DNA of 64,000 nucleotides from Antedon mediterranea (taxonomy: Eukaryota; Animalia; Echinodermata): NCBI RefSeq assembly GCF_964355755.1, contig NC_092672.1:1178001-1242000 (forward strand). The letters are read 5' to 3'. The notes beneath the pieces were generated by a model. The model did no database searches, was not told the origin of the DNA, and worked only from the letters and a program-made list of their open reading frames with translations. Below, in pieces: positions 25,085-39,000 of the stretch. Position 1 is the first letter of the stretch. Every line of letters begins with the position of its first letter. The translations under genes were made by a program, and so were the position numbers.

Positions 25085-28000
25085 ATGGTTTTAACAAGAC
25101 AACAGAGAAAAAGTGGAATAACCGTAACACCGCCCTCGTTCAAAAAGACAGAAAATAGAAAGAAAGATGAAATCAAAACACATTTGTCATCACTTTCTGA
25201 ACAAAATTGTAGGCCGAAAATAAACTTGGCAGATGAAAAAGATTCTAAAAAAAAAACTGGATTCACAGATGAAAGAATGGAAACAGCTGAAACTGAAATA
25301 CGACCAACATCTAGAAAGCAAAAAGTGTCACCACAAAAAAACATAATTGAGGATGATGAAAGCTCATCCGAAGATGACATTCAAAGAACTGAATTACATT
25401 CTGATTTTACAGATTCTAGATTAGAAAAACCAAAAATATATTCTGAACAATCAGAAGACATTCAAGTTAATGATAATCTTGAAAGCAGTGATGATGGAGA
25501 AAGTATGGCATCCGAAGAAAATGATGCGCAGGTTAAAGTTCAACAACTTGAAGAGTCTGATGATGAGGCACCAGAATCAATGAGCTTTAATGTTGCCAGG
25601 GAAACGGCACTTGAAACACTACATCAAGCCTACAAAGAATCTCTCAAGTGAGTTTAACTTTTGACATTTTATTGATCAGTCCTAAAGCTGTTTTATTTCA
25701 CTTGTTTCACTAAATTATTAAATTAATTAAACATTTTCATTCAATATTAAAGCCTAAATTAAATTAATAAACTCCTATTACAGCCAGTTCATGTTGTTTT
25801 TAAATAAATATAAACAGCACTTCCAACTGTTAATATGCGAAGGCCTACTATAATAATAAACTATACTATATTATATAACACCTATATAAATTCCTGTCAT
25901 TTGATTGGACGAATGTGGGTCACATGGCGTGCAATAGTACGCACTATTCAACGATCGTTAAATAGTACTTTTTGAAACATTTTTGTTTGTTATTTAGATG
26001 TTATATAAAACAAATAATGAATGTTTTGTATTCGTGTAATGGTACAAATAATGGCACTTGGTGAATGATGAAAGGTTTTATCAACTCGGCTTTGCCTCGT
26101 TGATATACAGTAACCTTTCATCATTCACCTCGTGCCATTATTTGTACCATTGCACTCATAAACATTCATTATTTGTATACTATAAAATGTTTTAGTGTTG
26201 TTGAATAAATTGTTTGTTTTATTATTAGAGTTAAATCAAAGAAAAAAGAGAAAAGAAGAGCTCATGACACGATGATGAAAGATCAAGCAAAGAAAAAAAT
26301 AAAGAGATGTGAGCAACTTGAAAGCAAGCGCTTACCTGACACATTTCTCCAACAAGTTGACACAGAAAACTCAAACAGGTACATTCCTTGTTAAGTAGGA
26401 TCGCCATTGAGACTAAATTAGCTATACACAGTCTAAATAGATTACTGTAGAGTGAAAGGTCTATTTTACGTACCTCACGGTACCAAGGGTTATTTTACAT
26501 TTGTCACGGTACCATGGGTTATTTTACGTACCTCACGGTACCAAGGGTTATTCGTAAACTGAAAAATTCATAAACTGTCAACATAATTCATATCTTTTTT
26601 TTTTTATATGAGGATACGTCGATACTACAGTACACGTATGCATCAGTAATCTTCTATAGTTCTGATTGAATTGCCTTTTGCCTGGAAAGTATTAAATTAC
26701 GAATTTTGATCCCTGGTGTATATGGATGGGTAAACTGCATTGAGCTGGTCCCACTTAGCAAATGTTAAACCGATTCATACAAAGGGACACCAATAGACAA
26801 GTGCGTACAGTACCTTTGGTTAGATCGGTGGCAGCAATGCATTCAAGTGTATATCCCTTTGACGTATAGGACTACTCCAAAAGGAGTAGGCCTAAATGTG
26901 AATGATTTTAATCGTATCAATTGTGTATGCTTAAACATTGTTCAACAGCACCTACAGTACTCTATGACAAGCCAAGTCTGCCAAAAGTACTCAGTTCATT
27001 TATTTTGGCATGTAATATTATGTGGCTTGTCTTACAGTAGCTGAAAAGCCTTTTTATATTGCAAAATAGAAATACATGTATAAATAATAATCAAGAATTA
27101 TTTTTTTCCTTTTAAGTGAAAAACCCACAGACTATGAATCTGATGAAATAGGTGAAGACGATGATGAGTTTTCTAATTGTGATGAGGATGAAGAGAATGA
27201 GGATTATGTAGTAGAGAAGGAAGGATTCCAAATTGTTCCCTTACAAAAAATTGCTAAAATGCCAGTAGTAAAATCAATGGAAGCTTTTGAATTCCGCCAG
27301 GAACAGTTATACGGAAAACGAATTCCCAGAGTTTCAGGTTGGTGAAGTTTTTGTGTATTAAAATAAGTTTACAACTTGTTCATTTGTTTCTTGTTGGTTT
27401 TGTTGTTAGTTTCTTTCCACCTTTGATAGTGGTTGTAATATAGGATCATTTACATGAAAATGTCCATTCTTAAGTACATTTTAATATAGGATCATGTACA
27501 GGAAAATGTCCATTCTTAAGTACATTTTAATATAGGATCATGTACAGGAAAATGTCCATTCTTAAGTAAATTTTAATATAGGATCATGTACAGGAAAATG
27601 TCCATTCTTAAGTACATTTTAAAATTCTGTAATCTACATTCACATAATGTCCTTTATTCAATACTGTACTGTATGTTCTGTAAATTCTACCCTTTTATTA
27701 TAATGTTAAAAGCTCTGAAACAATAAATAGTATGTTCTCAGCATCAATGCTACAGTATATTGTACATGCTATATATATATATTTTATATGTTTACGATAT
27801 AGTTTTTTTTATATTTTAGGATATTGCTAAACCCCGCAAACCTCCAAAAAAACATAGCAAACCCCATCGAACCAACATAAAAGTGATTGAATCATGTAGT
27901 GTACAACCCACCGGGTATATCCACATGTAAAAAAAATATTACATTTTTACCGTTAACTACTTATTTTTGGGGTAAAACATCATTTTTTGTTCAAAAATGA

Positions 28001-29286
28001 TTGCTAAACCCCGCAAACCTCCAAAAAACCATAGCAAACCCCACCGAACCAACATAAAAGTGATTGAATCATGTAGTGTACAACCCACTTGGTATATCCG
28101 TGGAAAAAAATATTAAATTTCTACTGTCAACTACTTATTTTTGGCGTAAAACATCATTTTTTGGTCAAAAATGATTGCTAATTTTAACCAAAAAATGATG
28201 TTTTATCCCCAAAAAAGTAGTTAACAGTAGAAATTTAATAATTAATAACCAGTGGGTTGTACACTACATTATTCAATCACTTTTATGTTGGTTCGGTGGT
28301 ATTTGCTATGGTTTTTTGGAGGTTTGCGGGGTTTAGCAATCATTTTTGACCAAAAAATGATGTTTTAACCAAAAAATAAGTTAACAGTAGAAATTAAATT
28401 TTTTTTTTACATTGGTATACCCAGTGGGTTGTACACTACATGATTCAATCACTTTTATGTTGGTTCGGTCGGGTTTGCTATGTTTTTTTGGAGGTTTGCG
28501 GGGGTTTACGGTGTTTAGCAATACCCATATTTTATTGTATATAATTATATAATTGTTTGAGCTTGTCAACAAAAAGAATTTCCTATTTTGGACCAATAAA
28601 ATTCTGTATTCTGAAAGATTTAGACTTAATAGTATTTTCTTCCACAGCATCTGCTCACATATCCATGACTCTAAAGAAGTCAAGTAAACCAGCAATTGGT
28701 TTTAAAGTTAAAGGTAAGATAAACACATTTTATATGCCACATACTGTACTGTAAATGTTTACATTTTAAAGAGGTGCCTGCGTTTAAATTGTTTTGACCT
28801 TTTTTAAAACAAACAAGAAACATTCTGTTATACAAGCAAAACATACTTTTAACGGCAACTTACATAATTATGTTATTTTAATATATCAAATGATGCCAAG
28901 TAAAGTAAGTACTATACTGTCAGTACCAAAAACATTTTTAAAATTGATTTCGTAAGCAGAAATTGTTGCCAACAGAACGTGAATCAGTAAAAAATGAAAA
29001 CATTTTGTTGATACATTTATTCTATTCCAAGAAAGCTAAGCTACAAGTTGTCAAATCAAGTTAAAACTCTTTACTTTCAGACGTAAACACTGCAAAATTG
29101 CATTTAACACTCGCGCTCACTACTTTCTGCAGTTAACACTCGTGCTCACTAATTTCTGCAGTTAACACTCACTCTCACTGCTTTCTGCCTTTTGAAACAT
29201 TTTATTCTACTTCAATCGTAGGTTTAGCAGTCACAAAGAAAGAAAGAAGACAAAAACGAAATAACTGGTCAAATCTTATTACTTGA
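25085..29286 (+). CDS. NOL7: Nucleolar protein 7-like, U3/SSU processome associated (~354 aa, 5 coding exons)
   Basis: Exons 25085-25647, 26229-26378, 27117-27337, 28648-28713 and 29222-29286 are phase-compatible (1065 nt). Motifs SDDEAPESMSF, KEKRR, KRLPDTFLQQV, AFEFRQEQLYG and C-terminal RQKRNNW parallel NOL7 motifs as recalled (DDEAPEELTF, KEKRK, LLPDTILEKL, AQAFIHNSLYG). Acceptor at 25060 implies an upstream non-coding exon. Confidence 0.8.
26008..26180. mobile_element. Long hairpin repeat in NOL7 intron, probably a non-autonomous element
   Basis: ACAAATAATGAATGTTT...AATGGTACAAATAATGGCAC..GGTGAATGATGAAAGGTT pairs with AACCTTTCATCATTCACC..GTGCCATTATTTGTACCATT...AAACATTCATTATTTGT around a GGCTTTGCC tip. 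Confidence 0.7.
26463..26552 (+). repeat. 29-bp tandem repeat x3
   Basis: ATTTTACGTACCTCACGGTACCAAGGGTT. Confidence 0.85.
27437..27621 (+). repeat. 46-bp tandem repeat x4
   Basis: AATATAGGATCATGTACAGGAAAATGTCCATTCTTAAGTACATTTT. Confidence 0.93.
27819..28526. mobile_element. Foldback element of two direct plus two inverted ~178-bp units, 8-bp TSD (Merlin-like ends)
   Basis: GGATATTGCTAAAC...GTTTAGCAATACCC termini; ATATTTTA at 27811-27818 and 28527-28534; unit TTGCTAAACCCCGCAAACCTCCAAAAAA...GTGTACAACCCAC. Confidence 0.88.
29104..29190 (+). repeat. 28-bp tandem repeat x3
   Basis: TTAACACTCGYGCTCACTAxTTTCTGCA. Confidence 0.8.
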
Positions 29287-30024
29287 ATACTACAGATACA
29301 GTTACACTAAATATATAAATTACACCATTTAAGCTTATCATGAGATACAACAAAAGGTATATGGTGAAAATCATTACAGGGCACAATTAAAGTAATTGCA
29401 TCAGTGAAATCTAGTTGATCATCAATTATCTACAGTTTATTATTAAACAACGAAACTAACATCAATCATATTGTTTATTATCAAACACAAGCAAGTAAAT
29501 ACATAATGAAATAAAGATGTTGACGTAGCTAATAATAATATCAATCAAATACAGTACATTATACAAATCTGCATGGTGAAATATACTATACGTACAGGGG
29601 TTGACGTAGCTAATATATATATATACAGTACATTCAGGCCTGTTCTTTTGAGGCGGGCGAATGTGATCACTCACACACTCCTAAACTACACTTAAGGAGT
29701 GCGATTTAAAACATGCTTAAATTAGGTAAACTTCTACACAACAAAATACAAACAGCACACCTACAGCATCCCTGAATGTATTGAGGAGTGCAATGCCATG
29801 CACCTACAATTTCTCAAAAAACAAGGCCTGTACTTTTATAGAAATTCGCATGGACCTGGTAAAAGGTGTGGCAAAGCTAAGATTGTTATTCAATCACGCT
29901 ATGTACTAAGACAAAATAATTAATTAATTATTAATTAAGCGACTGTGTATAATTGATGTTGAGCTTCAACCATCACTGTAACTGTAATGTCAGATTAGAT
30001 GACAACCACAGAATGTGTTCCAGT

Positions 30025-33000
30025 TTACATCAAACTTGTAGTAGTGAGTTTGAACAGACTGCTGCTATTTCCAGTCTGAAAATAAAAAAAGTAAAATTTG
30101 TTTTAATTTAAGAATAATTTAGTGATGTTTACATGATGTAAAATGCAAGCAGTGAATTGTGAATTATTGTTGGAATTTGCAAAATGTTTTTTTAATTCAG
30201 CTAGACTATTAAGTTTTTGAATCTTTAATAATATTAATGACACTGAAAATAGGTTACCTCAGATTAATGGCACATGCAGTACATATGCAGTAGGGTAAAG
30301 GGAAAAGAAGGTCAATGAAACCCTAACATACAATTTTGGAGGTCAAAATACTTTTGACCAAAACACCTTTATAATATTTCTGCTTAACCACCTGCATTAA
30401 ACCTTAGTTTTATCAATGCCAAAAAATTGTTTTTTCCACCCTCTGTTTATTCATTTTTAGCTATATTTTGGTCAACTTTAGTTATTATTGAAATTGATGT
30501 AACTGATAACTTGATTAAACAGTAATTTTTACATATATGTTTCTTTTTTGATCATGAAGTTTGTTTGACAAATACAATACATAAAGTACATATAAATAAA
30601 CTTACCTCAGTTTCACCAAATGAGGCATTCACTTGATTTTTTGATAGTCTTCGTTTTTTAAATTTGATGTAAGCTTCTTTCACCTGTAAGTTAAGTTAAT
30701 GATCAGTATTATTAACTTGACGAAAACATTTATAATTCAGATAATTTTTATCAAATAATGAATAAAGAATGAATTGACTTTTTATCAAATAATGAATAAA
30801 GAATGAATTGACTTTAGCCAAAAAGGTGTTTTGTATTTGAGTTGATAAAGATTTTCTATAATAGAGGTCTTATCATTTGTTTCATCATGAAGTTTATACA
30901 ATTTTAGTAACGTTTTAAGGGTCTTTCACACCGGTTTCGGCACAGTTCCGGCCCGACGCGCCGGCAAATCAAAACGTGTATGTTTCGTTTCCACGACTCA
31001 TGACGCTCCACGCGGCTCTGAGCCTATCAATATGTGCGTAGCTGCGTGAAAATGAAAAATTGACGTTTGAATTAATATGCCGGCGCGCCAGACCGGAACG
31101 TACCGGAACAGGTGTGAAAGACCCTTTAAATATGTTCAATAATATTATTATACATTATATGACAAAAATGCAATTGTGGCAGATTAAAAAGCATCATACA
31201 TACATCTTTATCACACAAACAGTAAGCAATGAAGATAAAAACGCCTTGAAGTGAGTTTATGATAACGAACAAATATGTGACAACCAAATTATCCCCATCA
31301 ACAAATGGACCCAGTATCCAGGAGATGCCCAAGACAGGTAGAAGCAATAGGCTACCCTTCACAGCAGTTCTAATGAAAGAAAATCACAATTTGTATTAAA
31401 AAAACAAAATAATATGTTCTTCAAATTGTTTATATTGGTTTAAAGCACGAAAAAAGCAATTCAAAATGTGATAAAAGCACCAAATTTGATAGACATATCC
31501 TATGACATGAAATAATAAAATAATAATTAAAAGTTGGTGTGGCCACTATTATAAGTTGGTGTGGCCACTATTATAAGTTGGTGTGGCCACTATTATAAGT
31601 TGGTGTGGCCACTATTCAAAGTGGCTGCTATATTTGTTTCCTAAATATCAGGTTATTGTACATTTTAAAGTGTTTTTATTACTTTGTTAGCTGGATTTGG
31701 AATAGTTTAGGCCTGTAGAATAATTAGTAATAAGAATAAAATATTATCTGCATTTTTTTCCCTAAAATGGCCGGAAATATCAAAATAAATATTTATTGAT
31801 ATCAATCATTTTTTAGTCTGACAGCGAACATTGGTTGATGGTTATTACAGAGAACTTAATACAATTTCAAAACATAGGCATATAAAAAATATATAAAATA
31901 TCAAGTCAACAATACAACTCGTAATTATCTTATTCAATTCAATTCAATTTAATTTCTTTATTGCTGCAAATTCCATCAAGGGCTAATCCACTTAAACATA
32001 CTACATCATACAAACATATACATATTTACATTTAAAATTTAAACACATAAAAAATTACAGTCATTACTACTGTAGTAGTCTGTTGTTTATATGAATAAAA
32101 ATTGATATAAATTGTTTCTTTCTGGTGATAGAGGTGAAATACAGTGATTCATTGTAAAAGAAAAATGAAACAAATTCGATACTCTAATAGATTATATTAT
32201 GTTTACGTTTAAATTATCGTGTTACAAGGACGTATATGAAGTAAACTATTTTTTTGAAATAATAAAAATAAAATTTTCAAAAAATAACAATAAACACTTA
32301 ATTCATTCTTCCTGACATAGCGAGAATAAGGTAATTTAAATCCATATAAGGAAGTTCAAGTGGTGTACAAACAACTCTATCAATCTTTTTCGAAGAAAAC
32401 AAATTGACAACAAAGAACAATACTCAATTGATTCTTTCCCGACATATCGGGATTTAAAAAGAAAAATGAAACAAATGGCAATCTATCTGTTTACAACATC
32501 ATCCATATAAGGAAACTTTAAAGTGTACAAACAAATCAATAGATTGCCTTGGTACAACCAACTATTGTGTATTCATTAATCTTTTTCGAAGAAATAAAAG
32601 GCGAGGATCATGTGACTGCTTGTTTGGTTCGGTTCGGTTGTTATGAAAACATTGAACATCCAAATTCTGTTGGTCCCTCAAAACTCAATTTTCTTTTGGC
32701 AGATTTTATTTCATTCATTGTAGTTTATTTTATTTCATTCATTGTAGTTTATTTTATTTCATTCATTGTAGTTTATTTTATTTCTAAAATAAACTGATAA
32801 ACACTATAAAGCATTTGGTACCCAGACGTCGCCAACATAAAATAATTGTATAATACAATGGTTAACACAGACAAATCATTTAAATTCACCATATTTATTT
32901 AAGCCAATAACCAACTTCATGTTGTCTGATTTTATTAAAATTTGGATATGGTGTTCATTTATTATTTGGGCAAATCACACTTGTTTTGAAAGTGTAGACA

Positions 33001-36000
33001 GAGTAGTACAATTTGTTTTTGGTTCTTCACCCTAATTTTAACTTAACTCCATAAATAAGAAATAAGTTAGCTAACTTATTTTTCTATGCCCCATCTGAAG
33101 ATCAGTACACTTAGTTCCCATTGGCCGCAACACAAGCACAAGCGAGTAATTTGACCAGTCTCGACCTTCCAATCTTTGGATTGTGATTGGTCAACTCATT
33201 TAAGTTGCACCTGCGTCGTTGCATCAACTCCCTGGTTGCATCTCGTCCTAGTGGAAACCAAGCCTTAGAGAACATTACCGAAAGCACTTCCTCAATGATT
33301 GCCACTAAAAACACACATATATTACATAGATATAGACACTAACCGTATTTGCTTATCTTTTTCACCGATTGTAGATCTTTTTTTACCATTTTGCCTTGTC
33401 ATAGAACCGGTTCGTGTGTATATAATATATACCATCTTTAACAAAACTCCAGTGTTAAGCTGTTGAAATATAAATTTGTTATTTGATACGATATTTGTAA
33501 AAAAAAAACTATTTTAATTCAGATTTCTCCATTTAAAACTGCAATTAGAAAGAAGGCCGCCTTGTGTTTATCTAATGAAATGTAGTTAACTTGGTAGTAT
33601 TACTTACTAGAACAATCAACATGGGAGGAATAACGACAGCCCAACGACAACTTCTCTTCAACCAACACCTAATTAAATTATTATTATTTGTTACTAAAGT
33701 CAATCATAAAGTGCTGTATGTTTAAAACAATTTTAATTCACTAAAGTTTGTAAGTTTTGATTTCCTATTATTATACAGCACTTGAAAGACACACATTTGT
33801 TTCAATACAACAAACAAACATTGATTAATAAATAAAATATAAATTGACATACATACACATACATACATTTGTATAATGACAATTATTAAACACTTTTTTA
33901 TTACTTACAAGTTTTGCGTTCCATAGCAGTCCATGTTGATTGCAATCGTTAGACTCACCATTGTGAAAGACCCAATGTAACACATACACAAGTAATTACG
34001 TAACTTATTGTATTTACTAGGAGTTCTACAGACAACTTTAAATACGAGATAAATAGCTTCTGCTGACATCCACATAAACACGTTCTGTAGCTCAAAGTGC
34101 AACAACACTGCTGTGAACTTACAAAGTCCCTGAAAAAATAACAAAATCTGCAGACAATCAGTGGCGTATCCAGGATTTTAAAGTTGGGGGGGGGGGGGGG
34201 GGGCGGGAATTGCCAATTTGCCGACAAAATTGGTGTCATTATCTGTACATACACGACGTCTCTGATCAATATATGTTCTAGGATTACATAGTCATATTGT
34301 CTTATATGGGATAACGATGCAAAATTAAAACCAAACCAACATTATCTGTTAGTATGTTGTATTCATATTACAATAAAGAAAGAATTAGGAAAATCTGATT
34401 TGTAGTGTTCGAAATATAGGGTCTAAAACATCGCCGAAAATGATCGTTTTTAGCCACGAAAGAAGTAAAACAATTTGCGGCCTCAGTCGACAATTCTATT
34501 AACTACGCCATTTTTAAAATAATTACATATAATTACGTTTTTTAGTAATTTATTTTATATATCACCATTGGGAATATCAATAAAACATGTTATTAATATA
34601 TAATGCTTATAAAATATATAAAGTTGTTTACTTAACGGAATTCGGACAAATTCATTGCTCTAACTTTGTGTATAGTAACGATCAGTTAGATTCATGGTAC
34701 ACGCGCGAGAGAAAACATTCCGCTGCGGGTGATTCGCATCCACCAATCAAATCAGCTAGAATCCTAAATCATTCAACCGTGAGCAAGCCAATCGCGAGAA
34801 AGCTCAGCTTTGATTGGCTTACGATGACATCATATCACAAAATGGTGGTTTTGTAGTTGAGCCTCACGGAATATTCTGTTCCAAAAATGAAATAGGGCCT
34901 ACATGGATATTGTTTATGGTATATGTGCTTTTTCTTTAACAATTTTGAATAATAAAGGCCTCATATCGAGAAAAAAACGGGTTTTTGGCACTTATAATAA
35001 ATATATCTTAGACAAAAAAGCACATGGCATGTGGCACTATATAATCTCTTAGCGTAGGAAGACATACAAATCCCAGGTCATGAGAGGCTCAACTGCATGC
35101 AAAAACAAGGTTTTAGGGTAAGGTCAAAGACTTTTGAGTAAACAATCTACCGCGTACGGCCGTACGTACGTGCTACACATTTTTTACGTGTTTCGTTAGA
35201 TGTAATGAAAATAAAAAATTGTTGATCTGAAGGGATCAATGATGATATGATATGTAAATAAACAAACACTCAAAAGAATGATGTTTACAGTTCAATTATT
35301 GTCATTATGACAATTCAATAAATAGTTTATTTTTTTTCCCGGCACCTTTGTTTGCCGACGGCCGCGATGATGTGCCGACGGAAACGAAATCAGGGGAGGT
35401 CCGCCCCCCCCCCCGGCCCCTCTACTGGATACGCCACTGCAGACAATACTTAATGTCTATAGGTGCCCGATTCTCAGTTCTGTATCTCCACATATGACCA
35501 TTAGTTAGTAGTATCAATTCCCTGCATCATGGAATGTTAGGTGAAGGGTTAGGTTAATGTCTGTTGTTTGTTGTAGATTATTAATACACTGTATCCCAAA
35601 GATCTGCATAAGCAAAATACATAATTTAGCAATATGTATATTTTTAAGAATAGTCAAACAGTATGCCGTAAATTTCTATTGAAGCAGAATGGAAATGTTC
35701 AAACATTAATTTCCTTGTTTTTATGGCCCTTGAGTGTACTGCAAAATGACTTCGGTTTGGAAATTTTAATGAATAAATATGTGTTTTTTTTTAAAATAAA
35801 TGTTAATGTCTGCAAAATGTTATTTGTTTTACATAACTTGTATGCGTAATTGGTTTTTTTTTTCATTCAAAGTGTGTACCCTGACCAACTTGATTTTACA
35901 ATGTGTTAATTTTCAAGTGTAAACTTGTTTCTAAAGCTCTGTCTACACTATCAAACTTTATTTTACAAAAAAATGTGATGTGCCCATATGTAGACATGGT

Positions 36001-39000
36001 GATGTTATATCACTACCGTATTTGGGAATATCATTGCCATATTTAGGCATACTTGTACATAGTTTTCAAGTGCAAATTGTAGTTTGAAAGAATTGGATTG
36101 TTCTATCCTACTTACCTCATTGTACACATTCTCTAAGCCAACAAGAAATACCAAGTAAAATACAATCATGTTGCCAATAAGGTGTTTGTGAATGTTGTTC
36201 CGTAGTGATTTCCAAAGGCCTCTAAAATAAAAGTTAATTTCGTAAAAAGGAATTCATGAATTGTTGTTTAGAAATACGTGTAAAAGGAACATTCTCACTT
36301 TAGACTATTGTGCCATTGTTGTTCAACTTACGGTAAAACTATATAAAGAGTCAACGTAATAACTAATGATGCCAAAGACAGTGAAAGACCAATTGATGTG
36401 ATGACGTTTATTATTTTGCCGTGTGTTTCATCAATCTGAAAGGAAGGTTTATTAAGTTGTTTTAAATGTACTTCTTTCTGTAGTACGTTCAATTATGCTG
36501 TAATCGTTGGAACTTCTTGTTGTATGTTTGAAACTAGTAATGTTATAGACAGTTGGTGGGGGGAGGGCGGAATCATGTCTAAAAAGATTTCTTAATATGA
36601 ACTGATGGTCTAATTGTGAAGATTATTTCCTGTCTAAACTAGAAGTAGTCTGTTGGTAAACGGTAGAATGTCTTAAGCAGGTAGTCTTGTCTTAAGTTAG
36701 GTAGTCTGATCGTAAACACACGGTAGAAAGCAGATGGCTTGTCTTAAAGTAGGTAGTATTATCTTAAGCAAGTAGTCTAGTAGTTTAATCCGGTAGTCTG
36801 TTCGTAAACATAAGGTTGAATGCCTAAAGCAGTATTTTCTTAGCAGTTAGTTTTAAACAGTCAGTCTATTTCTAAACAGGTCGGATGGCGTCAATTTGCA
36901 GTATTGTTTGAGGTTGTCTTCGGTCACTGATTTGGTGGTCAAATCTTAAACAATAACTTTCATACCGGTTTTGACGAAACTTGCATCAGAACAGCAAAAC
37001 TTGTCATGTGACTACATACACAATTGACGTACTCATTTGATGACGTAGTTGTGCATCCAGAAGTTGACCACAGGCTTAGAGAGAATATTAAAGTCTGATA
37101 TTATACACCATACAGGAATACATTGATTAATTTCCATATAGGCCTAAATAACACATACGAGTGTTAACATGTTATTTACCGTATGTTATTGTTTATTTAT
37201 TATCAAGAATGTCCTTACCTTTGGTTTAGACTGAAAAATGTGCACATTTCTCTCTCACTCAAAGCCTCATCTAGTGACTAACATTCAATAATATCATTTT
37301 ATTAGTACAGTAATGTGATAGATATGTTCTTGTTTTATAAATAATTATAATTCATTAAAACTCTACGTGCTGCATACGCATAATCAGTAGTTTATTTAAC
37401 TCAATTTGTTACTTACTTCAGTAATTGTTCGATGCACCTTAAATTTAACTGGAGCGTTGGTTTTAACTCCTAACGTGTAAAGTGTGATTGAGATTACACC
37501 GCCTATAATGCTATAATCACCACCAACAGAACTGGAATTATTTGGCCTGTAAGAAATTAAATTAACACCTACTTTATGAAGTTGTTACTAATGGCTAAAT
37601 AATACATTTTTTGTTAATCTTGAAATTTAATTTCTTATAATATTTTGAAAATATATGAATGAAATAACTTTAATGATCATATTATGCATCAATTTAAAGC
37701 ATCATATTATACTAACATACTAGACGGTTAGATAACTTTAGGAACTAACCATACAATCTGACTTGGATCAACATTATCATTATCAGGCTTCATATAGGAA
37801 ACCACTGCAGTCATATTAGCTGTAATATAAATTAAACACTCTTGTAATTTGCAAAGACATACCCAAAAAGAAGAAACTAAAAAGGAAAGATGAGATGATC
37901 ATTTGATACTTACGTTTGGGCGTTTACTAAAGTATTTGCTGCATTTTCACGTCAAGTTGTTCAAAGTTGTTTTTTATTATTTTACATGATTATCGTAATT
38001 TCAATTTTACTGACTCCATCCTTTGTAAGCTAGGGCAGACGAGTGTAAAGATGACTCTATCCTTTGTAAGCTAGGGCAGACGAGTCTAACGCTGACTCCA
38101 TCCTTTGTAAGCTAGGGCAGACGAGTCTAACGCTGACTCCATCCTTTGTAAGCTAGGGCAGACGAGTCTAACGCTGACTCCATCCTTTGTAAGCTAGGGC
38201 AGACGAGTCTAACGCTGACTCCATCCTTTGTAAGCTAGGGCAGACGAGTCTAACGCTGACTCCATCCTTTGTAAGCTAGGGCAGACGAGTCTAACGCTGA
38301 CTCCATCCTTTGTAAGCTAGGGCAGACGAGTCTAACGCTGACTCCATCCTTTGTAAGCTAGGGCAGACGAGTCTAACGCTGACTCCATCCTTTGTAAGGT
38401 AGGGCAGACGAGTCTAACGCTGACTCCATCCTTTGTAAGCTAGGGCAGACGAGTCTAACGATTGGTTCCAACTTGGGCGCAATGTATGAAACAACGACGA
38501 CGCACAGAGGCACAACGCAACTTAGTTGACCAATCACAAGCCGTAGATTGGATAATCCATCTCGTTGCGTCGTGATTGGTAAAGCTTGGTTCCCACTAGA
38601 ACGTAACGCAAGGACGTAAACGCAACGCAAGCGTTTTAACCAATGACAAGCGAAGTTATAGACAGTTAGCAATCACAAGCGAATAAGACATCGCTTGTGA
38701 TTGATCATTTTACTTGCGTTACGTCCTTGTGTTGCGTCGCTAGTGGTAACCACGCTTCCCTACGCGGCGCGCGTACATCCTTCCGTTTCATCCAAGTGGA
38801 AACCAAACTTTAATAACTATGCTATTACCAGAAGACATCAACGTTGCGTTGACAAATGAAATGAATATGTCATGATCGCCAGTTGATAAACTTATGTTGC
38901 TCCTTTCTTTAGAAATGAGAGTAGCAATTCCATCTAAGAACAAGAAAACATAAAATAACTTGGTACACTATTCAAATAAAGGTGGGGGATCGTGTCCCGG

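Noticed and set aside
33955-34269. Polyproline-containing ORF
   Set aside because: Comes from the poly-G subterminal run of the hAT-like element and an off-frame read of an aGPCR exon.
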